Position numbers and translations under genes: made by a program
Assembly: GCA_001790815.1 (NCBI GenBank)
Contig: MGDU01000023.1
Coordinates: forward strand, 1 to 56,921
Direction of reading: 5' to 3'
Origin: Candidatus Uhrbacteria bacterium RIFCSPHIGHO2_02_FULL_46_47
Lineage (GTDB): Bacteria; Patescibacteriota; Patescibacteriia; GWA2-47-26
DNA length: 56,921 bases
Notes under the pieces: generated by a model
The model's input: the letters and a program-made list of their open reading frames with translations, nothing else
Databases searched by the model: none
What the model was told of the DNA's origin: nothing
In this document: in pieces, positions 44,195 through 53,178 of the stretch
How the letters are laid out: each line of letters opens with the position of its first letter
Position numbering within the stretch: position 1 is the stretch's first letter

Positions 44195-44425
44195 ATGCAA
44201 AAACGGAGATCCAGCCATGATCGTAGTGTGATGCACCATGCGCAAGTCAGCTTCCTGGTCGGGAGCCACGATCACGGTGCAACCTTCCATCTCTGCGTGT
44301 ACAACCGCAACTACGACAAGAAACAACACGAGTTCCCGCCCGAATGCGTCACATGAAAGCTGAGCCCACGACAACTCAAGCAACTCATCGTCGGCCTCCA
44401 GCGCGAACTCCGCGCTAAGTGGTAA
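44195..44425 (+). pseudogene. Small GC-rich gene interrupted by an in-frame TGA (44354-44356)
   Basis: TTGACA-N17-TACTAT (44150-44178) and AGGAGG RBS. Frame continues KLSPRQLKQLIVGLQRELRAKW to TAA 44423-44425; terminator at about 44495-44530. Confidence 0.55.
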
Positions 44426-44532
44426 CTTATCACATTCACTTCATCTCCCGCGTCTAGCCGTTCCGTCCGCCCGTTCCGCGCCCCTGCTCCTTCGCCCGTC
44501 ACGTCTCGCGTGCTCCGGGCTGTTTTTTTTGT

Positions 44533-44601
44533 CCGCAGATTTTTTGATCGCTGATTGCGCTGATTGTTTTTATCTGCGTTATCAGCGTCAACTATCAGCG
44601 G
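44533..44601. repeat. CGCTGAT/ATCAGCG short-unit repeat containing the uvrA stop
   Basis: CCGCAGAT...CGCTGATTGCGCTGATT...ATCTGCG...ATCAGCG...ATCAGCGG. Confidence 0.65.
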
Positions 44602-47324
44602 GCTAGCACTCCTTTCAAATACTTCCCAGTCCATGATGTTTTTACTTTCGCCACTTCCTCCGGCGTGCCTTGAGCCATTACTTCCCCGCCTTTGTCTCCT
44701 CCTTCTGGTCCCAGATCAATCAAATAATCCGCACTTTTAATCACATCAAGATTGTGTTCAATGACCAACACCGTATTTCCTGCGGTCACGAGACGTTGCA
44801 GAACTTCAATCAACTTCCGCACATCTTCATAATGCAATCCCACAGTTGGCTCATCAAGAATATACAAAATGCGTCCGCGACGACGGCCAGCCAGTTCTGC
44901 GGCGAGTTTTACGCGTTGGGCTTCACCGCCAGACAGTGTGGTCGCGGATTGTCCCAGTTCCAAATATCCCAGTCCTACCTCGCGCATCACTTTCAAACGA
45001 TCATGGATATGTGGGATATCGCGGAAAAATTCATCAGCTTCATCAATGGTCATGGACAGCACATCAAAGATATTTTTGCCTTTGTACAATACTTCCAGCG
45101 TTTCGCGATCAAAGCGCTTGCCTTTGCACACCTCGCATTTCACATACACCGTTGGCAAAAAATGCATTTCTATGGCGATCAATCCATTGCCTTCGCAGTT
45201 TTCACATCGTCCACCACCGCGGTGCGTGGACACATTAAAACTGAATCGCCCTGCTTTGTATCCACGCATCCGCGACTCAGGAAGCGCCGCAAACAGATCG
45301 CGAATATGTGTGAACACACCTGTATACGTTGCGGGATTTGATCGCGGAGTGCGACCAATGGCCGATTGATCAACTTCAACCACACCATCAAGATATTCAA
45401 GTCCAACAATTGCTTTGTGTTTCCCCGGCACATAATGCGCCAAATTAAAACGATTAGTCAATGTTTTGTACAAGATGTCATTGACGAGTGTGCTTTTGCC
45501 TGAACCAGAAACGCCAGTGACACACACAAACCTGCGCAACGGAATTTCAAGGGTGAGATTTTTCAAATTATTCTCATGCGCGCCGATAATTTTGAGCCGT
45601 TCTTTTGAGTTAGTGCGCCGCACAGCAGGAAGTGCGATTGATTTTTGACCAGTGAGATATTGGAGAGTAAGGGATTGCACCCTCCCCTCGCCCCTCCCAT
45701 CAAGGGAGGGGAATTCCTCAATACTCCCTCTCCCCTTGTGGGAGAGGGTTGGGGTGAGGGGACCTGCCACGACCACCTCTCCTCCTTGCTTTCCCGCTCC
45801 TGGACCTAAATCCACTAAATAGTCCGCGGCGCGAATTGTATCAGGATCATGCTCCACAACAATCACCGTATTTCCAAGATCGCGCAATTCAAGAAGTGTT
45901 TTAACTAGCCGCTCATTATCCCGCTGGTGCAAGCCAATCGTTGGTTCATCAAGAACATAGAGCGTGCCGGTTAATCGTGAGCCGAGTTGTGACGCAAGCC
46001 GAATACGCTGAGCTTCTCCGCCAGAAAGCGTGCCAGCTTTGCGATCTAACGTTAAATAATCCAATCCTACATCTAGCATAAATTTCAAACGACTGGTGAT
46101 TTCACGCAGGACCGGAAAGGCGATTTCAAATTCTGTGGGGGACAGGGCTAAGCCCTTGCGGCCTCCAGGGCTTAGCCCTAAATTATTCAAAAATGTATGC
46201 GCCTCAGCAATATTCATACCAGTCACTTGCACAATATTTTTCCCACCCACATAAACGCGCAGACTTTCAGCTCGCAGGCGCGCACCTTTGCAATACAGAC
46301 ACACTTTTTCAGAAAACAGCGACTCCGTACCAAGTCCATGACACTGCGCGCACGCGCCATAAGGGCTATTAAAACTAAACAGCCGCGGTTCAATTTCCGG
46401 AAATGAAAAACCATCATCCGGACAAGAAAATTTAGAGGACATAGTGAGCTCCGCCCCATCACCCCCGCCCTCTCCCACACGGGGAGAGGATTGAGGTGAG
46501 GGTGTGCCAAGTAATACTGTCACCACTTCCTTCCCATACTTCAATCCCACCTCAATTGCTTCAGCCAAATGCGAGCGCAAAGCCTTATTTCCTTCAATTG
46601 GCCAGCCAATCGGCACACGATCCACTACCAAATCAATCGTATGTGCTTTATAACGCGCCAGCACAATACGCTCTTTGAGTTTTTTAAATTCCCCATTAAC
46701 ACGCACTTCAGCAAAACCCTCATTATACAAATCATAAAGCATTTGATGATATTCCCCTTTTCTTCCGCGTACAATTGGAGCAAGGATGGTGATAGTATCC
46801 GCACTCGTAACCCCCCTGGCCCCCCTTACCCTAAGGGGGGAATCAATTTTATCTCCCTCCCTTAAGGTAAGGGAGGGTTGGGGAGGGTTATGAAGCCGCG
46901 CGAGCACCACATTTACCATCTCCTCCACTGTCATTTTCGCAATCGGCTTGCCGCAAACAATACAATGCGGCCGGCCTACGCGCGCAAACAGCACGCGCAA
47001 ATAATCATAAATTTCCGTAATCGTTGCCACAGTTGAGCGCGGATTTGCGCTATGCGCTTTTTGATCAATGGAAATTGCTGGTGACAATCCTTCAATCTCA
47101 TCCACATCCGGCTTATCCATTTGTCCTAAAAATTGCCGCGCGTATGCTGAAAGCGATTCCACATATCTGCGCTGGCCTTCAGCAAAAATCGTATCAAAAG
47201 CTAAAGACGACTTTCCTGATCCTGAAAGCCCGGTAAACACAATCATCTTGTTGCGCGGCAACGTAAGGTCTATGTTTTTGAGATTGTGCTCTCGCGCGCC
47301 TTTGATTATTATTTTATCTTGCAT
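44595..47324 (-). CDS. uvrA: Excinuclease UvrA with four repeat inserts and a deleted insertion domain
   Basis: [20 protein letters not shown] (twice), GVSGSGKST, zinc fingers. Start MQDKIIIKG at 47324. Confidence 0.98.
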   Translation of the reverse strand: MQDKIIIKGAREHNLKNIDLTLPRNKMIVFTGLSGSGKSSLAFDTIFAEGQRRYVESLSAYARQFLGQMDKPDVDEIEGLSPAISIDQKAHSANPRSTVATITEIYDYLRVLFARVGRPHCIVCGKPIAKMTVEEMVNVVLARLHNPPQPSLTLREGDKIDSPLRVRGARGVTSADTITILAPIVRGRKGEYHQMLYDLYNEGFAEVRVNGEFKKLKERIVLARYKAHTIDLVVDRVPIGWPIEGNKALRSHLAEAIEVGLKYGKEVVTVLLGTPSPQSSPRVGEGGGDGAELTMSSKFSCPDDGFSFPEIEPRLFSFNSPYGACAQCHGLGTESLFSEKVCLYCKGARLRAESLRVYVGGKNIVQVTGMNIAEAHTFLNNLGLSPGGRKGLALSPTEFEIAFPVLREITSRLKFMLDVGLDYLTLDRKAGTLSGGEAQRIRLASQLGSRLTGTLYVLDEPTIGLHQRDNERLVKTLLELRDLGNTVIVVEHDPDTIRAADYLVDLGPGAGKQGGEVVVAGPLTPTLSHKGRGSIEEFPSLDGRGEGRVQSLTLQYLTGQKSIALPAVRRTNSKERLKIIGAHENNLKNLTLEIPLRRFVCVTGVSGSGKSTLVNDILYKTLTNRFNLAHYVPGKHKAIVGLEYLDGVVEVDQSAIGRTPRSNPATYTGVFTHIRDLFAALPESRMRGYKAGRFSFNVSTHRGGGRCENCEGNGLIAIEMHFLPTVYVKCEVCKGKRFDRETLEVLYKGKNIFDVLSMTIDEADEFFRDIPHIHDRLKVMREVGLGYLELGQSATTLSGGEAQRVKLAAELAGRRRGRILYILDEPTVGLHYEDVRKLIEVLQRLVTAGNTVLVIEHNLDVIKSADYLIDLGPEGGDKGGEVMAQGTPEEVAKVKTSWTGKYLKGVLAR
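45680..45761. repeat. Family A doublet in frame in uvrA
   Basis: Encodes [27 protein letters not shown]. Confidence 0.88.
46137..46179. repeat. Family K doublet in uvrA
   Basis: AGGGCTAAGCCCT...CAGGGCTTAGCCCT; encodes [14 protein letters not shown]. Confidence 0.8.
46454..46502. repeat. Family A element in frame in uvrA
   Basis: Encodes [16 protein letters not shown]. Confidence 0.85.
46808..46891. repeat. Family B element in frame in uvrA
   Basis: Encodes [28 protein letters not shown]. Confidence 0.9.
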
Positions 47325-47386
47325 ACTATTGACATCTATTAAACTGCGATGTATTCTAAGACCACAATTACTCGGAGGAAAGATCA

Positions 47387-47635
47387 ATGGCAAGCGACTT
47401 TCAAGTCAGAGAAGGAATCACCCCTGCTCATGTCATAGCTGTACTACGGGCTTTGAGAATGGTCAACGATAGTGTTGCTATTGCCGCGGATCGTTTCCGA
47501 GATGGCAGGACCGGTGCGATCCCACAAGAAGCACTGGAGGAAATCGCCCGTGAGGCGACACATCTCCTTCTCGGAGAACGCGCGCGCCACGCCGAAACTC
47601 CGCGCCCACCTCCTCGTCTTCGCTCGGTCGACTAG
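47387..47635 (+). CDS. Small GC-rich hypothetical protein between uvrB and uvrA
   Basis: TTGACA-N17-TATTCT (47329-47357), GGAGG at 47374-47378, 82-aa ORF. Confidence 0.7.
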   Translation: MASDFQVREGITPAHVIAVLRALRMVNDSVAIAADRFRDGRTGAIPQEALEEIAREATHLLLGERARHAETPRPPPRLRSVD

Positions 47636-47670
47636 ATTGCTCCACATCTTCTGCTCCCCGGCCCTCTGCT

Positions 47671-49863
47671 TCACGCAGTTGGCCGGTTCTTCTTTTTAAG
47701 AATTTTAATCTCATCTCTTAGCACTGCTGCTAATTCAAATTGCAGCAAATTCGCCGCTTGTTTCATTTGTTTTTCCTTTTCACGAATTAAGTCCTCCACG
47801 CCGCCGCTCTTAACCTGCAATTCCAACTCCAATGTTTTTTTCGCTAATTCATCACTTTTGCGTTTTGTAATCCCTTCCGTAATATCTTTGATCGCTTTGA
47901 TAATTGTCCGCGGGGTAATGCCATGCGCTTTGTTATACTGCATCTGCAACTTTCTCCGACGTTCAGTTTCACGAATTGCCCGCGTGATTGATCCGGTCAT
48001 TTGATCTGCATATAATACGACTTGTCCATGCACATTGCGCGCGGCTCGGCCAATGGTTTGAATTAGACTAGTCTGCGAGCGCAAAAATCCTTCTTTATCC
48101 GCGTCCATAATTGCCACCAGCGATACTTCCGGCAAATCCAAACCTTCACGCAACAAGTTTACTCCCACTAGCACATCAAACTTCCCGCGCCGAAAATCCG
48201 TCAAAATCGTAATGCGATCAAGCGTATCAACATCAGAATGCAGATAGACCGCAATCGGCGTAGAGCGGGGGCTTGTCCCCCGCTTAAGCGGCACATGAAG
48301 TGCCGCGCTACTTAATTCCTCATTCAAATAATCAGTCAAATCTTCTGCCATTTTTTTTGTAAGTGTTGTTACCATCACCCGTTCATTCTTTTTAACGCGA
48401 TCTTTAATTCGCTCCATCACATCCTCCACTTGTGACTTTCCCTCACCCTGCCCTCTCCCTGAGGGAGAGGATGTCCGAAGGACAGGTGAGGGGGTTATGG
48501 GTCTTATGATTATTTCCGGATCAACAAGTCCGGTTGGCCGAATAATTTGCTCCACCATATGCGCACCGCTATGCGTTAGCTCATATTGTGCTGGTGTCGC
48601 GCTTGTATAAATCGTTTGAGGCATGCGCTCTTCAAATTCGGCAAACTTAAGGGGACGATTATCAATCGCGCTCGGCAAGCGAAAACCATATTCAATCAGC
48701 GCTTGTTTGCGGCTACGATCGCCTTCATACATTCCCTGAATCTGCGGAAGCGTTACATGCGATTCGTCAATGACGAGGAGCCAACCCTCACCCTCCCCTC
48801 TCCCTGAGGGAGAGGGAATTTGTTTGGATACTCCCTCGCCCCTTGTGGGAGAGGGTGGCCGTAGGCCGGGTGAGGGACATCGCACAAAATAATCCAAAAG
48901 AGAACGCGGGGGTTCGCCCGGCGCGCGTCCATCAAAATGACGCGAATAATTTTCAATACCGTGACAAAATCCCACTTGCTGAATCATTTCCAAATCATAT
49001 CGTGTTCTACGCTCCAACCTTTCTGCCTCAAGCAATTTTCCAGTTTTATTAAAATACGCCAGCCGATCCTTGAGTTCAGCGCGGATGTCTTGAATTGCGC
49101 GCTTCACTTCCGGCGCTTCAGCAACAAAATGTTTAGTTGGAAAAATCCAAGCTGACTTCGCTTCTTCGCGTACTTTTCGCGATACCGGATCAATAATCAA
49201 AATTTGCTCTACGCGCTGTGCTGGCATGGAAATCCGATAAATCAAATCTTGGTTTGATGGCATGATCTCAAAAGTTTCTCCGCGTAGGCGAAATGTTCCA
49301 CGCTTAACTTCGGTTTGCGTGCGGCTGTATTGCATATCTACCAGATTTTTAAGTAAATCCGCGCGTGTGATCACTTGCCCACGCGAAAGTTTCATGGACA
49401 TTTTTTCATAAGTTTCCGGCGAGCCAATGTTATAAATGCAGGAAACCGAAGCCACGATAATTACATCCTTGCGCGCTATCAGTGCTTGCGTGGCCGCGTG
49501 GCGCAAACGATCAATTTCCTCATTGATCATGGCTTCTTTTTCAATATAAGTATCAGTGCGCGGCAAATATGCTTCCGGCTGATAATAATCGTAGTAGGAT
49601 ACGAAATATTCCACGGCGCTCCCCGGGAAAAATTCGCGATACTCATTGCAAAGCTGAGCCGCGAGCGTTTTATTGTGCGCAATAACTAAAGTAGGCCGCT
49701 GGATTTTCTCAATCACATTGGCGACCGTAAATGTTTTGCCAGAACCCGTCACCCCCAAAAGCGTTTGATGTTTATCTCCGCGTTTTAGCCCATCTACAAG
49801 TTGCGCGATTGCTTTGGGCTGATCCCCGGCCGGCTTGAATTTTGATTTGATTTTGAATCGCAT
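47671..49863 (-). CDS. uvrB: Excinuclease UvrB with three repeat inserts
   Basis: GVTGSGKT, YYDYYQPEAY, IDESH, NLLREGLDLPEVSLV, QTIGRAARN, C-terminal UVR domain. Confidence 0.99.
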   Translation of the reverse strand: MRFKIKSKFKPAGDQPKAIAQLVDGLKRGDKHQTLLGVTGSGKTFTVANVIEKIQRPTLVIAHNKTLAAQLCNEYREFFPGSAVEYFVSYYDYYQPEAYLPRTDTYIEKEAMINEEIDRLRHAATQALIARKDVIIVASVSCIYNIGSPETYEKMSMKLSRGQVITRADLLKNLVDMQYSRTQTEVKRGTFRLRGETFEIMPSNQDLIYRISMPAQRVEQILIIDPVSRKVREEAKSAWIFPTKHFVAEAPEVKRAIQDIRAELKDRLAYFNKTGKLLEAERLERRTRYDLEMIQQVGFCHGIENYSRHFDGRAPGEPPRSLLDYFVRCPSPGLRPPSPTRGEGVSKQIPSPSGRGEGEGWLLVIDESHVTLPQIQGMYEGDRSRKQALIEYGFRLPSAIDNRPLKFAEFEERMPQTIYTSATPAQYELTHSGAHMVEQIIRPTGLVDPEIIIRPITPSPVLRTSSPSGRGQGEGKSQVEDVMERIKDRVKKNERVMVTTLTKKMAEDLTDYLNEELSSAALHVPLKRGTSPRSTPIAVYLHSDVDTLDRITILTDFRRGKFDVLVGVNLLREGLDLPEVSLVAIMDADKEGFLRSQTSLIQTIGRAARNVHGQVVLYADQMTGSITRAIRETERRRKLQMQYNKAHGITPRTIIKAIKDITEGITKRKSDELAKKTLELELQVKSGGVEDLIREKEKQMKQAANLLQFELAAVLRDEIKILKKKNRPTA
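48260..48311. repeat. Family G2 REP doublet in frame in uvrB
   Basis: GTAGAGCGGGGGCTTGTCCCCCGC-TTAA-GCGGCACATGAAGTGCCGCGCTAC. Confidence 0.85.
48440..48494. repeat. Family A element in frame in uvrB
   Basis: Encodes PSPVLRTSSPSGRGQGEG. Confidence 0.9.
48785..48876. repeat. Family A doublet in frame in uvrB
   Basis: Encodes [31 protein letters not shown]. Confidence 0.9.
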
Positions 49864-49950
49864 AAAATACCGAAATCGCCCCCGGGAGTTACTCCACTAG
49901 GGGTTCAGTGAACAATCCTAATATAGCATGCTTATTCGCACTGGTCAACT

Positions 49951-50928
49951 CTACAGCAACAAGGAAGCCACGCTGAAATAAACTATCAAACTCAAAATAT
50001 CTTGCACTACTGTTGCAAATGGCCCAGCGCCAACGGCAGGATCACGCTTATAGTAGTATAAAATCCATGAGATAAGGATTGCAACCGCGCCCGCGATAAC
50101 AACATTTATCGCCATTGCAATACCAACAATTGCCGCAACTGTTACCCCGCCCTTCCCCCACACAAATCCAAATCCGGCAATAATAATACCCAACAAGAGA
50201 CCGAGCGCAATATCAACTGCCAACTCTTTTAAAAGATAGCGCGGGAGCGAAATTTTGCGTACAGCAAGAGCGCGAATAAAAAGTGTTTGGGTCTGCGTGC
50301 CAACAGCATCAGACATATACACAATAACCGGAATAAAAAATGCCAGCGCAATCTCTTGCGCTATTGCATGCTCAAAAAAACTAGCAACAAGCGTGGCAAT
50401 AAACCCTCCACCAAGCCCTAAAATCAGCCATGGGGTGCGAATGCGCAAAAGATGCGATACTTTATCGCCAAGCATTTCCAGAATATGCTTTTGTTCCACA
50501 ATCTGAATACCGCCAATTTTCAAAAGATCTTCAACATGTTCGTGGTGCAAGGTGCGCAGTATTGTGTCCGTCCCGACTATGCCTAGAAAATTCCCCTGGC
50601 GGTCAGTTACCGGCACGGCTTTAATCCCATGCTGGATCGCGGTAATCGCGGCGCGCTCGGCCGTAGCATGCGGATGCACAGCTACCAGCTTTTTAGTCAT
50701 CAGCTCAGAAAGTTTAGTTTCCGCGTGCGCGCGAAGTATTTCCTTTACCGAAATAACGCCAACTAGTTTTTTGGCTTCCAATATATAAATATACGTGATA
50801 CTTTCAAAATTATGCTTTTTATCTGTAAGATGGCTGACTACTTCACGCGCGCGCGCATCAGGCGAAAAAGTTGGAATTGCGGTAAGTAAATGTTGGTCTA
50901 CGTAACGAGTTGTGTTATTTTTATACAT
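49951..50928 (-). CDS. mgtE: MgtE-type magnesium transporter (CBS pair plus membrane domain)
   Basis: CBS repeats, RTPWLILGL, FFIPVIVYMSDAVGTQT, DPAVGAGPFATVVQD. Confidence 0.9.
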   Translation of the reverse strand: MYKNNTTRYVDQHLLTAIPTFSPDARAREVVSHLTDKKHNFESITYIYILEAKKLVGVISVKEILRAHAETKLSELMTKKLVAVHPHATAERAAITAIQHGIKAVPVTDRQGNFLGIVGTDTILRTLHHEHVEDLLKIGGIQIVEQKHILEMLGDKVSHLLRIRTPWLILGLGGGFIATLVASFFEHAIAQEIALAFFIPVIVYMSDAVGTQTQTLFIRALAVRKISLPRYLLKELAVDIALGLLLGIIIAGFGFVWGKGGVTVAAIVGIAMAINVVIAGAVAILISWILYYYKRDPAVGAGPFATVVQDILSLIVYFSVASLLL

Positions 50929-50933
50929 AGTAT

Positions 50934-50996
50934 GAGATCCTTCGGGCTACGCCCTCAGGATGACGATTTCGCTACTCAAAGCGTAGCGAAATCGTC
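50934..50996. repeat. GTCATCCTGAG..GAAGGATCTC-type element plus 14-7-14 hairpin containing a stop codon
   Basis: GAGATCCTTCGGGCTACGCCCTCAGGATGAC and GACGATTTCGCTAC-TCAAAGC-GTAGCGAAATCGTC. Confidence 0.75.
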
Positions 50997-51496
50997 ACTT
51001 TGTCAATTTCACTGCCATCTTTGGCAGAACCCTGAAAAACTTCCAGCGTGCCGGTTGAGGTTTTTGGTTTTTCAAAAATAAGTTCCGCCCGATACGGGCC
51101 GTGAATTCCAAGATCTGGTGCAGTACCAGTTACTGCAATTTTTACAAGCTCATTACCCTTGCCATCGCGCAAACGGATAACCACATTTTGCTCAAATGTC
51201 CGCTCCATTCCTTCCACCACAAGCGGACTTGTTATTAAATCATTTGGCTGCGGCGCGCGCACTGAGATATTTCCGCTTTCAGACCATATATTCACTGCTG
51301 TTTGTTCAGTATCGCCCACAGTATTATCAGGAGCCACCGGCGCGGAAATAATCAATTCTACCGGCTTGCGAACACTCAAAATATTTGCAACCACAAATCC
51401 GCCTGCAAAACCGGCAATAAGCGCGAGCAAAAACCATTTCCAAAGCCCTCTGCTTCGCTTTGGAGCGCGAAATGCATTAGAAGAATAAGCACGCAT
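50972..51496 (-). CDS. Membrane-anchored Gmad2-type immunoglobulin-like domain protein
   Basis: TM segment, then PQPNDLITSPLVVEG...FEQNVVIRL...GTLEVF...SAKDGS. Confidence 0.8.
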   Translation of the reverse strand: MRAYSSNAFRAPKRSRGLWKWFLLALIAGFAGGFVVANILSVRKPVELIISAPVAPDNTVGDTEQTAVNIWSESGNISVRAPQPNDLITSPLVVEGMERTFEQNVVIRLRDGKGNELVKIAVTGTAPDLGIHGPYRAELIFEKPKTSTGTLEVFQGSAKDGSEIDKVTISLRFE

Positions 51497-51500
51497 GGTA

Positions 51501-51932
51501 TTAATAAATACTGAAAATATTATCCAGCGCGAAAATACCCGGGTGATTCATTGCCCAGAGCGCAAGAAAAGCGATAAAATATAAAAACGCTAATTCCCAC
51601 GCGGAAAATTTCTGTCCTTTATGCGCGGACAATATCACGAGCGCCATATAAATCGCAAGCAGTAGCGCTACCGGCTTAACCATAAATCCCACCACCAGCG
51701 CTAGCCCTCCGCCAAACTCCGCAATGGCCGCCAGCGCCGCGAATAACTTTGGCGCCGGCCACTTTAACGATGCAACATATCCGGAAAATTGCCCAAAATT
51801 TTTAAATAGTTTCGGGTATCCATGTGTTAGCATTGCCAAACCCAAACCCACGCGCAAAATAAACGGCGCCCAAAGCTCAGTATCGCCAACTCCGACAACA
51901 AATAATGTTCTAATAAACTCCATAGCGCTCAC
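51501..51932 (-). CDS. DoxX family membrane protein
   Basis: LRVGLGLAMLTHGYPKL, AEFGGGLALVVG, WELAFLY. Confidence 0.88.
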   Translation of the reverse strand: MSAMEFIRTLFVVGVGDTELWAPFILRVGLGLAMLTHGYPKLFKNFGQFSGYVASLKWPAPKLFAALAAIAEFGGGLALVVGFMVKPVALLLAIYMALVILSAHKGQKFSAWELAFLYFIAFLALWAMNHPGIFALDNIFSIY

Positions 51933-53011
51933 CTCCTTTCTTTAAAGTTACTCACCCGCACTCCAATAAGGCGGATAAGCCGTTTCTTGTGGAAGTAAGG
52001 AAAAATCAGCCGCAATACTTCCCTTTTCAGTATTGTATCATCCTTACAAAACTCCGACAATGTGCGCGTGGAGGTATGAGTTTCAAAATTGTCAAACCGC
52101 ACGCGTACTGTAATGGTTCTAAAAGCGAAATGCCCCGCCTTTACTTCTTCAAATACCTCCTCTACCAGCGCAAGAATAGTTTTGGTAAGCAGGGCGTGAT
52201 CGCGCACATCATGCTCAAAGGTAGTTTCATGTCCTAGTGATTTTATTGCGTATTCCTCTTTTACCGACGACGCGTCCACTCCACAAGCAAGCCGCCCCAG
52301 ATCGCTCTCCGGATCTGAAGCAAGCCATAAGTCACGCACGGTTATAATCCCGCGTTTGGCAAGCTGTGCCTCTGTCTTTGGACCAATACCCGGCAATTTT
52401 CGCACTGCCATAGGATCTAAAAATTCTCGCACTTTTTCCAGTCGCACCACGGTCAGACCATCCGGCTTTTTAAAATCCGAGGCAATTTTGGCAATCAATT
52501 TGTTTGGGCCTATTCCAACGGAACAAGTCAGACGTTCTTGCTTTAAAATTGTCTTTTTAATCGTCCGCGCAAGTAACACTGCCTCATCCCATACTCTTTC
52601 ATGATTCATAATTCCTGATTCCTGATTCATCACTTCAATATATGCTTCATCTATGGAAGTTTGTTCAATCAATGCGGGGAAGCTGAGCTTCCGTCGCGAC
52701 GGAAGCTCAGCTTCCGCATATTGCTCGATTATTTTCATCACCCGCTCTGACACAATTCCGTACAATTTCCCATCCACCGGCAAATATGCGCACTGCGGAG
52801 ACGGACATAATTTCCAGGCCTGGGAAATTGGCAAAGCGCTCCGAATGCCGAACTTTCGCGCCGCATAACTGGCAGTGGAAACTACTCCCCTGCCGCGGCC
52901 GCCTTTGGGATCCGCACCCACCACAATAGGCCTACCTTTAAGCCCGGCGTTTTCCCGCTCCTCAATGGATGCAAAAAACGCATCCATGTCTATGTGTAAA
53001 ATAATTCTCAT
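51929..53011 (-). CDS. dinB: DNA polymerase IV with two repeat inserts
   Basis: HIDMDAFFASIE, SYAARKFGI, SIDEAY, AKIASD..KPDG, PGIG. Start 53011; the track's N-terminal extension is repeat-derived. Confidence 0.95.
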   Translation of the reverse strand: MRIILHIDMDAFFASIEERENAGLKGRPIVVGADPKGGRGRGVVSTASYAARKFGIRSALPISQAWKLCPSPQCAYLPVDGKLYGIVSERVMKIIEQYAEAELPSRRKLSFPALIEQTSIDEAYIEVMNQESGIMNHERVWDEAVLLARTIKKTILKQERLTCSVGIGPNKLIAKIASDFKKPDGLTVVRLEKVREFLDPMAVRKLPGIGPKTEAQLAKRGIITVRDLWLASDPESDLGRLACGVDASSVKEEYAIKSLGHETTFEHDVRDHALLTKTILALVEEVFEEVKAGHFAFRTITVRVRFDNFETHTSTRTLSEFCKDDTILKREVLRLIFPYFHKKRLIRLIGVRVSNFKERR

Positions 53012-53037
53012 ATCATTTATACCCAAGCGTTTATGTT

Positions 53038-53168
53038 GGCGGCTCACAGCAAACATTCTGCGGAAGCCGAGCGGGCATGGTGCCCCGCCTTGGCGGGGCG
53101 AGCGAGGCTGAGCAAAAACAGCGTCCGCCACGCTGGGGCGGACGACTGTGGTGTTTGCGTGAGTTGCC
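53038..53168. repeat. Family C element, copy 1
   Basis: GGCGGCTC.CAGCAAA...TGCGGAAGCCGAGCGGGCATGGTGCC...GAGGCTGAGCA...TTTGCG.GAGTTGCC. Confidence 0.85.
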
Positions 53169-53178
53169 AATGTAAACG

